Origin: an uncultured delta proteobacterium | GTDB lineage: Bacteria > Desulfobacterota > Desulfuromonadia > Desulfuromonadales > JACZKF01 | Assembly (NCBI GenBank): GCA_963816395.1 | Contig: CAWFKQ010000016.1 | Coordinates: 1 to 64,000, forward strand | Reading direction: 5' to 3' | Length of the DNA stretch: 64,000 nucleotides | Part shown: piece by piece, positions 8,276-18,142 of the stretch | Position numbering within the stretch: position 1 is the stretch's first letter | Layout: every line of letters begins with the position of its first letter | The notes under the pieces: model-generated | What the model was told of the DNA's origin: nothing | The model's input: the letters and a program-made list of their open reading frames with translations, nothing else | Database searches by the model: none | Position numbers and translations under genes: made by a program

Positions 8276-8671
8276 TCATCCCCTCAGATAGCGGAAATAA
8301 TTATCCAGTACCGGCGCGTCCGCCTCGGCCCAGTCGAGGGTGCGCAGCTGCCGCGGGGCGATCCAGCGGATCGCCTTGTGCTCGGTGAGGCGGATCTCGC
8401 CGCCGTTCAGGGTGCAGACGAAGGGGTGCAGGGTGATGGCGAAGGTGGGATAGCGCCAGGCGGAGGGCGGCAGGGCGGCGCGGATGGCGATGCCGACGCC
8501 CAGCTCCTCGTCGATCTCGCGCGCCAGGCAGGCGGCGGCGCTCTCCCCCGGCTCGAGCTTGCCGCCCGGGAACTCCCATTTGAGCGGCAGGCTCATCACC
8601 TCGCTGCGCTGCGCCGCCAGCACCAGCCCGCCGCGCTCGATGATGGCGCAGGCTACGTCGATCTTTTTCAT
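8276..8671 (-). CDS. MutT/NUDIX pyrophosphohydrolase
   Basis: WEFPGGKLEPGESAAACLAREIDEELGV Nudix box. Confidence 0.92.
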   Translation of the reverse strand: MKKIDVACAIIERGGLVLAAQRSEVMSLPLKWEFPGGKLEPGESAAACLAREIDEELGVGIAIRAALPPSAWRYPTFAITLHPFVCTLNGGEIRLTEHKAIRWIAPRQLRTLDWAEADAPVLDNYFRYLRG

Positions 8672-8714
8672 CCCGCCATTCTGGGCTTTCTCCGCCGCCA
8701 GCGCAAGGCAAAGA

Positions 8715-8752
8715 GCCTCTTGCCTCTAGCCTCTAGCCTCTAGCCTCTAGCC
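8715..8752. repeat. Heptamer tandem repeat (GCCTCTA/GCCTCTT)
   Basis: gcctcttgcctctagcctctagcctctagcctctagcc. Confidence 0.85.
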
Positions 8753-8763
8753 GTACTAGCTCC

Positions 8764-9210
8764 TCACTCCTGCCGCCGCAGGTTCACCGCCCAGGCCGAA
8801 ACCAGGCGGTCGCCGGCGAGCAGGATGCCGCGGCCCTCATAGGTTTGCGCATCCATCTGCCGCAGCCAATCGGAGCCGTGATAGGAGGTATCGGTGCTGC
8901 GGAAGAGGGAGAGGATGGTGTTTTCGACGACCACGAAGCGGCCGGCCTGCCGACCCAGCTCGGGGTGGTGGGACGTCCAGGTGGTTTCCGTGGCGCCGGC
9001 AGGGAAGGGGAGGATGGTGCAGGAATGGATGGTCTCCAGCGGCGGATCATAGAGGATGCGCAGCCGCCCTTCGAGAAACCACAGGTGGTCACTGTGCAGG
9101 ATGAGGGAGGAGCCCTCGACCGGTATCTCCCGTCCGGAGGGATCGGAAAAGATGCCGCGCAAATCCCAGCGGGAGGGTTCGAATATGTAGGTGTGCCCGG
9201 CAACAGTCAT
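8764..9210 (-). CDS. Hypothetical protein, possibly a beta-barrel fold
   Basis: 148 aa ORF with RBS AGGAG and coding-like composition. Confidence 0.65.
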   Translation of the reverse strand: MTVAGHTYIFEPSRWDLRGIFSDPSGREIPVEGSSLILHSDHLWFLEGRLRILYDPPLETIHSCTILPFPAGATETTWTSHHPELGRQAGRFVVVENTILSLFRSTDTSYHGSDWLRQMDAQTYEGRGILLAGDRLVSAWAVNLRRQE

Positions 9211-9408
9211 GTTCTCCTGCCTTCTGCGCCACCAGATCTTCCTCCAGGATATTGCGGTAATTAATGAAAGTCAACGCGCCCCCTGGCGAAAACGGATGAT
9301 CTATCAGTATCGCACAGCGGAACAAATGTTTCAAAATTTGCATTGACAGTTCCGCAGCTGTCGCCTGATAATCTTATAAACCTGCGGCTCCATACCGGGA
9401 GATAAGCG

Positions 9409-10261
9409 ATGGCGAAGGCCGGCAACGAATGGGAAGAAGGGGGGGAGGAGCTGGAAAAGGACCGCAAATTCATCAGCGCCCTGGCGCGCGGACTGGAGGT
9501 CCTGGCCTGCTTCACCCCCGGGGAGCGCTATCTCGGCAACGCCCAGCTTGCCGAACGCACCGGGCTGCCCAAGGCGACGGTTTCCCGGCTCACCCACACC
9601 CTGACGCAGCTCGGTTACCTGGGCTATGACGACGACGTCAACCGCTACCATCTCGGCACCGCCGTCATCAGTCTCGGTTACGCGCTGCTCGCCCAGATGG
9701 ACGTGCGGCGCATCGCCCGCCCGCTCATGCAGGCCCTCGCCGAGCACACCCGCGCGGCGGTCAACCTGGGGGTGCGCGACCGGCTGAAGATGGTCTACAT
9801 CGACACCTACCGCAACTCCTCCACCTACTGCCGTGCAGCTCGACGTCGGCTCGCAGGTGCCCATCGCCACCACCTCCATGGGGCGGGCCTACTTCTGCGC
9901 CCTGGGCGAGGAGCGGCGCGCCGTCCTGCTGGAGCAGATCCGTCTCGAGGACCCGGCGGAATGGCCGCGGACGCGGGCGGGACTGGAGCGGGCGCTGCAG
10001 GAGTTCGGGGAAAAGGGCTACTGCTCCTCCCTCGGCGAATGGCGGCCGGAAGTGCACGCCATCGCCGCCCCCCTGGTCCCCCCCGACGGCTCCGGCATCA
10101 CGGTATTCAGCTGCAGCGGGGCGTCCTTCCAGCTGCGCCGTGAGCTGCTGGAAAACGATATCGGCCCCCGGCTGCTGAACCTGGTGGGCAACGTCAGATC
10201 GGCCCTGAGCGGGGCCGAACCGCTGCCCGGAAATTTCCCCCGGGCGGTCAAGAGAGGATGA
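9409..10261 (+). CDS. IclR family regulator (frameshift near 9830)
   Basis: ALARGLEVL...TGLPKATVSRL HTH; C-domain ATTSMGRA...GEWRPEVHAIAAP in a second frame. Confidence 0.9.
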
Positions 10262-11445
10262 TCACCAAAATGCGCACGGAAATCACCGATTTCATGGGTT
10301 TTCAGGGCAGCCTCACGGATGAGGAGAAGCTGGTCCGGGAAACCGGCCGGCAGTTCGTCAACCAGCGGGTGCTGCCGATCATCGACCAGCAGGCGCGCGA
10401 CGAGATCTTCCCCGTCGACCTGGTCAGGCCGATGGGGGAGCTCGGCTTCTACGGGCCCACCCTGCCGGCGAAATACGGCTGCGCCGGGCTCTCCAACGTC
10501 GCCTACGGCCTGCTGATGTACGAGCTGGAGCGCGGCGATTCGGGGCTGCGCACCTTCGCCTCGGTGCAGGGTTCGCTGGTCATGTATCCGATCTACGCCT
10601 TCGGCAGCGAAGAGCAGAAGGCGCGCTGGCTCCCCCGCCTGGCCACCGGCGAGGCGATCGGCTGCTTCGGCCTGACCGAGCCCGAGGTCGGCTCCAATCC
10701 CGCCGGCATGCGCACCCGGGCGGTGCGGGAGGAGGGCGGCCGCTGGCGGCTGAACGGCGGCAAGATGTGGATCACCAACGGCAGCCTGGCCGACGTGGCG
10801 GTGGTCTGGGCGCAGACCGACGAGGGGATTCGCGGCTTCCTGGTGGAGAAGGGGACGCCCGGCTTCTCCGCCGTGCAGATCACGGGGAAATGGAGCCTGC
10901 GCGCCTCGGTGACCGCGGAGCTGCGTTTCGAGGACGTCCTGCTCGAGGAGCAGGCGAGCCTGCTGCCGGGGGTGCGGGGGCTGAAGGGACCGCTCGACTG
11001 CCTCACCCAGGCCCGCTTCGGGATTGCCTGGGGGGTGCTGGGGGCGGCCGACGACTGCTACCAGTGCGCCCTCGACTACGCCCTGGCGCGCAAACAGTTC
11101 GAGCGGCCGATCGCCTCCTTCCAGCTGCAGCAGAAGAAGCTGGCGGAGATGGTGACCGAACTGACCAAGGGGCAGCTGCTGGCGCTGCACCTGGGGCGCC
11201 TCAAGGATGCCGGTCACGCCACCCCCGCCCAGGTGTCCATGGCCAAGATGAACAATGTGCAGACCTCCCTGGAGATCGCCCGCACCGCCCGCACCATGCT
11301 GGGGGCCAGCGGCATCATGGGGGATTACCCGATCATGCGGCACATGGCCAACCTCGAGTCGGTGTACACCTACGAGGGGACGCACGACATGCATACCCTG
11401 ATCATCGGCCATGAAGTCACGGGCATCCCGGCGTACCGCTGCTGA
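10258..11445 (+). CDS. gcdH: Glutaryl-CoA dehydrogenase-like acyl-CoA dehydrogenase
   Basis: ELERGDSGLRTFASVQGSLVMYPI, GCFGLTEP, NLESVYTYEGTHD. Confidence 0.85.
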   Translation: MITKMRTEITDFMGFQGSLTDEEKLVRETGRQFVNQRVLPIIDQQARDEIFPVDLVRPMGELGFYGPTLPAKYGCAGLSNVAYGLLMYELERGDSGLRTFASVQGSLVMYPIYAFGSEEQKARWLPRLATGEAIGCFGLTEPEVGSNPAGMRTRAVREEGGRWRLNGGKMWITNGSLADVAVVWAQTDEGIRGFLVEKGTPGFSAVQITGKWSLRASVTAELRFEDVLLEEQASLLPGVRGLKGPLDCLTQARFGIAWGVLGAADDCYQCALDYALARKQFERPIASFQLQQKKLAEMVTELTKGQLLALHLGRLKDAGHATPAQVSMAKMNNVQTSLEIARTARTMLGASGIMGDYPIMRHMANLESVYTYEGTHDMHTLIIGHEVTGIPAYRC

Positions 11446-11458
11446 GAGAAAAAAATCG

Positions 11459-11500
11459 TTCACCACCCGTTCACTTCGCTCACTAGAGCTCTGTGGTGAA
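11459..11500. repeat. Short inverted-repeat remnant (TTCACCAC...GTGGTGAA)
   Basis: ttcaccacccgttcacttcgctcactagagctctgtggtgaa. Confidence 0.55.
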
Positions 11501-11568
11501 TGGTTTCGGAGCCTTGCATCGAAGCTTTTTGAGCCTAAAGGTCCACACAATCAGGGAGTAGTCAAACG

Positions 11569-12834
11569 ATGGAGCGCCGTTTGCCCCTTGCCGGGTGGCT
11601 CCTCTTCCTTTCGATCCTGGCCGCTCTCGGCAGCGGCTACCTGGGGCTCTCCCCCCTGCCGGCCGGCCTCCTGCAGCTGGCGGTGGCGGTCCTGCTGTTC
11701 GGCCGGGTCTCCAGGATGGTGCGGGTGCAGAGCCTGCTGCTGGCGGCGGCCGGGGTGGCCGCCCTGCTCGCCGCCGGGGTCCGTGGGGAGGCGCTGCTGA
11801 CCGCCTGGTGCCGCAACCAGGCGATGATCGCCATGCTGGCGGCGGTCGGCTTCCTGCGCCTGGTGCCCCTTTCTCCCACCGCCGGCGCCCTGCCGACCGG
11901 CCGCCGCGCCCTCTGGCAGACCCTGTTCGGCGTTCACTGGCTCGGTGCGGTCACCAACCTTTCGGCCGTCGTGCTCTTCGGCGACCGCATGGCGGCGCCG
12001 GCCAGCCGCCTGGAGCAGACGCAGGCGGTGGTGCTGCTGCGCGGTTTCGCCCTGGCGGCGCTGTGGTCCCCCTTCTTCGTGGCCATGGGGGTGGCCCTGA
12101 GCCAGGCCCCCGGCGCCCGCCTGGGGCCCATCCTGCTCTGGGGGCTGCCGCTGTCGCACCTGCTCATGGCCCTGCTCGCCTGGCGGCTGGGGAAGCGGTC
12201 CGAGCCGCTCCCCTTTGCCGGTTATCCCTTCAACCTCGCCACCATCGGCGGGCCGCTGCTGCTCGCCCTGGCGGTGATCGGCGCCCACCTGCTCGCCCCG
12301 CGCCTGGCGATCGTCAGCCTGGTGACTCTGGCGGCCCCCGCCTATGCCCTGTTCGCCAGCCGGCGCCGGCAGCCCTGGGAGCGCAGCGCCGAATATATCC
12401 GCCGGGACCTGCCGCGGATGGGGCCGGAGGTGATCCTGTTCATCGCCGCCGGCGTGCTGGGCGCCGGCTTCACCGCCCTGGTCGGCCAGCACGCCGCCGC
12501 CCTGCCGGCCGCCGGCAGCGGACCGCTCGCCGCCGCCGTCGGCCTGGCCGTCATCCTCCTGCTGGCGGCCGCCGGCATTCACCCGATCGCCGGCATCACC
12601 GCCGTCGGGGCGGTGCTCTCCCACGCCGGTCTGCCGCCGGACCTGCTGGCGCTGAGCTTCCTCATGGGCTGGGGGCTGGGGGTGATCATCAGCCCGATCT
12701 CCGGCTCCAACCTGCTGCTGGCCGGCCGCTACGGCGTCGCGCAGGGGCGGGTCTGGCGCTGGCACACCCCCTTCGTGGCCGGCGCCTACCTGCTCTGCTG
12801 CGGCTGGCTCTTCGTCTTCAGCGCCCTGAGCTGA
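11569..12834 (+). CDS. Multi-pass membrane protein, putative carboxylate transporter
   Basis: About a dozen hydrophobic segments; RGFALAALWSPFF motif; follows gcdH. Confidence 0.7.
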   Translation: MERRLPLAGWLLFLSILAALGSGYLGLSPLPAGLLQLAVAVLLFGRVSRMVRVQSLLLAAAGVAALLAAGVRGEALLTAWCRNQAMIAMLAAVGFLRLVPLSPTAGALPTGRRALWQTLFGVHWLGAVTNLSAVVLFGDRMAAPASRLEQTQAVVLLRGFALAALWSPFFVAMGVALSQAPGARLGPILLWGLPLSHLLMALLAWRLGKRSEPLPFAGYPFNLATIGGPLLLALAVIGAHLLAPRLAIVSLVTLAAPAYALFASRRRQPWERSAEYIRRDLPRMGPEVILFIAAGVLGAGFTALVGQHAAALPAAGSGPLAAAVGLAVILLLAAAGIHPIAGITAVGAVLSHAGLPPDLLALSFLMGWGLGVIISPISGSNLLLAGRYGVAQGRVWRWHTPFVAGAYLLCCGWLFVFSALS

Positions 12835-13011
12835 GCCGGTCGGGTGATGGCGGCCAGCAATCGGCGCATGCTTTTTTCCCTCTGCCATGGCAGAATGGCC
12901 GCTTCGGGGCTGCCGCCGGCGGTCCCGCCCCGGCCGGCGTCAGCGGCGCCGGCCTCTCTCGATCGGCAGCCGTCGGGGTGTCCCTTGGTCCAGCCTGAGC
13001 GACCTTTGCGT

Positions 13012-15268
13012 GTGAGGAAACTTTCCGCCTGCCTGCTCGGGCTCTGCCTGTTCGGGGTGGTGCTGGCGGCGGTCGCCGCCTGGACCATCCACACCGGCAC
13101 CGAAGACCTGGCGCGGAAAAATTTCAGCAAGCTCAGCCTTTATCAGCAGATCCTCGCCAGCGAGATCAAGCGGCACGAATTCCTCCCCTACGCCCTGGCC
13201 GAAAACCGCAACATCATCGACCTGCTCGACGCCCCCCGGGATCCGGGGCAGGTGGACCGGGTCAATCGCTACCTGGAGGAAGTCAGCCGGAAAACCCGGG
13301 CCGCCGCCGTCTACGTGCTGAATACCGACGGTCTCACCCTGGCCTCCAGCAACTGGCGCAGCGAAACGAGCTACGTCGGCCACAATTACGGATTCCGCCC
13401 CTATTTCCAGGCGGCCCTGCGCGGCGAGGCCGGGCGCTACTTCGCCATCGGGGCGACCACCTTCACCCCCGGTTATTTCCTTTCCCATCCGGTGGAGATC
13501 GGCGGCCGCATCCGCGGGGCGGTCGTCCTCAAGCTGGCCCTCGATCCCCTGGAGCAGGACTGGGCGGAGCAGCCCGCGGAGAAGGTGCTGGTCACCGACC
13601 GCGACGGGGTGATCATCGCCAGCAGTGAACCGAACTGGCGCTTCCGGACGCTGACGCCGCTCTCCCGGCAGAGACGGGAGGAACTGCGGGAAAGCCGGCA
13701 GTTTGCCGACCTGGAACTGGCGCCGGTCGGAGTTTCGGCGGTGGGTTGGCTGCCCACCGGGCGAACGGTAGTGAAGATTGCCACGCCGGCGAAAACCGTC
13801 GCACCGCACCCGTTCCAGGACCTGGGCTTCGCTTCCACCTACCTGGCCATTCGCATGCCGATGGCGGATACCGACTGGACCATCCACCTTCTCGCCAACA
13901 TGTCGCCGGTCAGCCAGCGGCTGGTCAACGCCCTGGCCGTCTGCCTCTCCACCCTGCTGGCGCTGGCGCTGGTGGTCTTCTACTGTTACGAACACCGCCT
14001 CTATACGCTCGAAAAGCGGGCCTATCCAGGCGCGGGCCAAGGCCGCCCTGGAAGCCAGCGAGGCGCAGCTGCGGGACATCATCCAGGGGACCCGGGCGGC
14101 CCTGGTGACCATCGACCAGGATGGCGCCATCGAGTCCCTCAATCCGACGGCGGAGCATTTTTTCGGCCTGGCGGCCGGGGAGATGGAAGGACGGAGCCTC
14201 AAAGGCCTGCTGTTCGAAGCCGATCATCCCCGGATCGAGGCCTATCTGGCCGGCGTCCGCCGGCAGCGCGGCGAGGACTTCTCCCTGGAAACCCGGGGGC
14301 GGCGCCGCGACGGCAGCGCCTTCTTCATCGATCTGTTCATCAGCGACCTTTTCCCGCACCGGCACTACCGCTTCATCGTCACCATCCATAACATCAGCAA
14401 GCGCAAGGCGGCCGAAGACCGGCTGCGCCAGGCGCTGGAGGAGCAGGAGGAGCGCATCCGGGAGCGTACCGCCGAACTGCAGGCCAGCAACCGCCAGCTG
14501 CACCATGAGATCGTCGAACGCAAACGGGCCGAGGCGGTTTTGCGGGAGACCCAGAACGAGCTGATCCAGGCGAGCAAGCTGGCCGCCCTGGGGCAGATGT
14601 CGGCCGGCCTCACCCATGAACTGAACCAGCCGCTCACCGCCCTGCGCACCTTCTGCGCCAGCGGCAAACTGCTGCTGCAGCGCGGCCTGCATGCCCAGGT
14701 CGAGGAAAACTTCGGGCAGATTCAGGAGCTGACCGAACGCATGGCCAAGCTGACCAGCCAGCTGAAGACCTTTGCCCGCAAGAGCCGGGGGGAAATCCTG
14801 CGGGTGCCGGTGCGGCTGGCGATCGAGCAGTCCTTCGACCTGCTGGCCAACCGGATCGCCCAGGAGGAGGTGGAGGTGGTGCTCAACCTGCCGGGGGCGG
14901 AGGTGCAGCTGCTCGGCGACCAGGTGCGCCTGGAGCAGGTGGTCATCAACCTGGTCAGCAATGCCATCGATGCCATGGCCGGGCGGGCGGAGCGGCGGCT
15001 CGCCGTCGATTACCGCCTGACCCCCAAGTATCTCTGGCTGACCTTTACCGACAGCGGCGGCGGGATACCGGCGGAGATCCTGCCGCAGATCTTCGATCCG
15101 TTCTTCACCACCAAGGAGGTGGGGGAGGGGCTCGGCCTCGGCCTGTCCATCGCCTACGGCATCGTCAAGGACTGGGGCGGCTCGCTGCAGGCGAAGAACG
15201 TCGAGGGCGGGGCGGAATTCACCATCAAGCTGCCGCGGTTCACCGGAACAGGGGAGAAGGCGCCATGA
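13012..15268 (+). CDS. DctB-like sensor histidine kinase with dCache and PAS domains (frameshift near 14020)
   Basis: [47 protein letters not shown]. Confidence 0.9.
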
Positions 15269-16622
15269 TGAGAGGATAAACCGGGAAAGATCATCTTCAC
15301 CGATGACGAACTGGCCATGCGCAAGGCCGGCGAGCAGTGGCTGACTCTGGCCGGCTTTGAAATTCTCGCCTGCGCAGTCGGCGGCGCAGGCGCTGGAGGC
15401 GATCAGCCCCGATTTCCCCGGCATCCTGGTGACCGATGTGCGCATGCCGCGGATGGACGGGCTGGCGCTGATGCGCAAGAGCCTGGAGCGCGATCCCGAT
15501 CTGCCGGTGATCCTGATGAGCGGCCACGGCGATGTGGCGATGGCGGTCCAGGCGATGCGGGAAGGGGCCTACGATTTCCTCGAGAAGCCCTTCGCGCCGG
15601 AAACGATGGTCGATATCATCCGGCGGGCTCTGGAAAAACGGGCGCTGGTGCTGGAAAACCGGGCGCTGAAGGCCAGGCTGAAGCAGAAATCGGGGATGGA
15701 AACGCTGCTCCTCGGCCACTCCCCGGCCATGGTCGAGCTGCGCGAGGTCATCGCCGATCTCGCCAATACCGGCGCCAACGTGCTGATTCTCGGGGAGACC
15801 GGGACCGGCAAGGAACTGGTGGCCCGCTGCCTGCACACCGCCGGCCGGCGCCGGGACAAGTCGATGGTGGCGATCAATTGCGCCGCCATGCCCGAGAGCA
15901 TCTTCGAAAGCGAACTCTTCGGCTTCGAGCCGGGGGCCTTCACCGGGGCGGCCAGGCGCCGCATCGGCAAGCTCGAGTATGCCCACCGGGGCACCCTGTT
16001 TCTGGACGAAATCGAAAGCATGCCCCTCAACCTGCAGGTCAAGCTGCTGCGCGTGCTGCAGGAGAGGGTGGTGGAACGCCTGGGTTCGAACGAACTGATC
16101 GCCGTTGACTTTCGGGTGGTGGCGGCGAGCAAGACCGACCTTTTCGAGGCCTGCCGGCAGGGGAGTTTTCGCGAGGATCTCTATTACCGGCTCAACGTGG
16201 CGGAGATTCGCATCCCGCCTCTGCGCGAACGGCGGGAGGACATCTGCATGCTGTTCGAGCACTTCTGCCAGGTGGCGGCGCTCGCCTATGAACGGGAGGC
16301 GGCCCGGCCGAGCCGGGATGACCTGCAGGCGCTCATGGCGCACGGCTGGCCCGGCAATGTCCGGGAACTGAAGAACGCCGCCGAGCGCTTCGTCATCAGC
16401 GGCGGCCGCCGCCCCCTCGGCAATATCCTGGCGCCGGCCGTGGTGCAGCCGGAACGCAGTTTCAGCGAGCAGATCGAGGCCTTTGAAAAGGTCCTCCTGG
16501 TGCAGGAAATGGCCCGCTGCCGCGGCGACATGCAGGCAGTCATGGCCGCCCTGCAGCTGCCCCGCCGCACCCTCAACGAGAAGATGCGCAAGCTGGGCAT
16601 CTCGCGGAAGGATTATCTTTAG
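15265..16622 (+). CDS. DctD-like sigma-54-dependent response regulator (5' frameshifts)
   Basis: REC (TDVRMP), [23 protein letters not shown]-terminal HTH. Confidence 0.9.
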
Positions 16623-16692
16623 GGCCGGGGCGCGGGACGAGGAGGCGCGGGACGCGAAATTCCGTCTCCAACCTCTCGCCTCTTGCCGCCTT

Positions 16693-16845
16693 CCGCTTAC
16701 CGCTTACCGCTTACCGCTTACCTGCTTACCTGCTTACCGCGTACCGCGTACCGCTTACCGCGTACCGCTTGCCTCTTGCCTCTTGCCTCTTGCCTCTTGC
16801 CTCTTGCCTCTTGCCTCTTGCCTCTTGCCTCTTGCCTCTTGCCTC
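16693..16845. repeat. Heptamer tandem array (CCGCTTA/CCGCGTA, then CCTCTTG x10)
   Basis: About 21 units of a CC-N-C-N-T-N-type 7-mer read directly, two of them 8-nt variants. Confidence 0.95.
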
Positions 16846-16894
16846 GGCAGTTTCCTGCCGACCGCTTCCTCCTTTTCGGCAATTTTTTGCCGAA
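16844..16894. promoter_or_regulatory. Two palindromic upstream activator sites (candidate DctD-type UAS)
   Basis: TCGGCAGTTTCCTGCCGA and TTCGGCAATTTTTTGCCGAA, 75-125 bp upstream of a sigma-54 site. Confidence 0.65.
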
Positions 16895-16968
16895 CCCCTC
16901 AACATCATTTATAATAAGAACGCCGTATATCTCGCCAAACAGCCTGGATGACGGGATTAATTCCGCAT

Positions 16969-16984
16969 CGGCACAGGCATTGCT
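16969..16984 (+). promoter_or_regulatory. Sigma-54 promoter for the TRAP operon
   Basis: CGGCAC-N5-TTGCT. Confidence 0.75.
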
Positions 16985-17093
16985 AAAACATCGGTTTATA
17001 CATCCCCGGAATTGTCGGGCCAGGTCCCATTGGGGGGCCGGTGGCGGCCCGCCTGCAGGATAGCCATCCCCATCCAAGCAAAGGAGGAAGCAC

Positions 17094-18053
17094 ATGTCGA
17101 AGCTGTCGCTAGGCCGCAAGTCGATGTTTTTTCTCGTTCTTTTTCTGGTAGTAGCGGTTTCCGTGCCGGCCGTGGAGTTCATCAATATCCTCACCGGGGG
17201 AACCAGCGGCGTCTACTATCCGCTCGGGGTGGCCTTCTCGAACATCCTGGGCAAGGCGATGCCCGATGCCCATGTGGCCGTCCAGTCGACCAAGGCCTCG
17301 GTGGAGAATCTCAATCTCCTGCAGGCCGGCCGCGGCGAAGTCGCCTTCACCCTCGGCGATTCCCTCAACGATGCCTGGCAGGGAGACAAGGAGGCCGGTT
17401 TTGCCAAGCCCCTGGACAAGCTGCGGGGGATCGCGGCGCTCTATTCCAACTACATCCAGGTGGTGGCCCGGGCCGACGCCGGGATCAAGACCCTGGCCGA
17501 CCTGAAAGGGAAGAACGTTTCGGTGGGCGCCGCCAAGTCGGGGACCGAACTCAACGCCCGGGCGATCCTCAAGGCGGCCGGCCTCAGCTATGACGATTTC
17601 GGCAAGGTGGAATACCTCTCCTTCGGGGAATCGGTGGAACTGATGAAGAACCGCCAGCTCGACGCCACCTTCATCTCGGCCGGCCTCGGCGTATCGGCCC
17701 TGCGCGACCTGGCCTCCTCCATCAACATGGTCGTGGTGCCGATTCCCGCCGACGTCGTGAAGAAAACCGGCAAGAAGTCCTATATCCCCGCCGAGGTTCC
17801 GGCCAACACCTACGAGGGGCAGACCACCGCGGTGCCGACCGCCTCCGTCATCAATTTCCTGGTGACCCGCGCCGGCCTGGATGACCAGACCGTCTACACC
17901 ATCACCAAGGCCTTCTTCACCAACCTCGATCAGCTGCAGGCCGCCCATTCGGCCGCCAAGGGGATCAGCCTGCAGAAGGCACCCCAGAACATGCCGCTGC
18001 CGCTGCACCCGGGGGCGGAAAAGTACTATCGTGAAATAGGTGTCCTCAAGTAG
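17094..18053 (+). CDS. TAXI family TRAP solute-binding protein
   Basis: ILTGGTSGVYYPLG, STKASVEN, PLHPGAEKYYRE. Confidence 0.93.
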   Translation: MSKLSLGRKSMFFLVLFLVVAVSVPAVEFINILTGGTSGVYYPLGVAFSNILGKAMPDAHVAVQSTKASVENLNLLQAGRGEVAFTLGDSLNDAWQGDKEAGFAKPLDKLRGIAALYSNYIQVVARADAGIKTLADLKGKNVSVGAAKSGTELNARAILKAAGLSYDDFGKVEYLSFGESVELMKNRQLDATFISAGLGVSALRDLASSINMVVVPIPADVVKKTGKKSYIPAEVPANTYEGQTTAVPTASVINFLVTRAGLDDQTVYTITKAFFTNLDQLQAAHSAAKGISLQKAPQNMPLPLHPGAEKYYREIGVLK

Positions 18054-18142
18054 TACCCCTGGAGACGAGGGCGCCGGGGGCGGCACGCAGGCCTGCCGCC
18101 TCCGGCGCACCGCAGAGTCCGTCTGCAGGAAAAGGAGAAAAC

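Noticed and set aside
16483..17194. ORFs with LPLASC / RGKRQEA peptide repeats
   Set aside because: Translations of the heptamer DNA repeat, open in several frames on both strands and overlapping a promoter.
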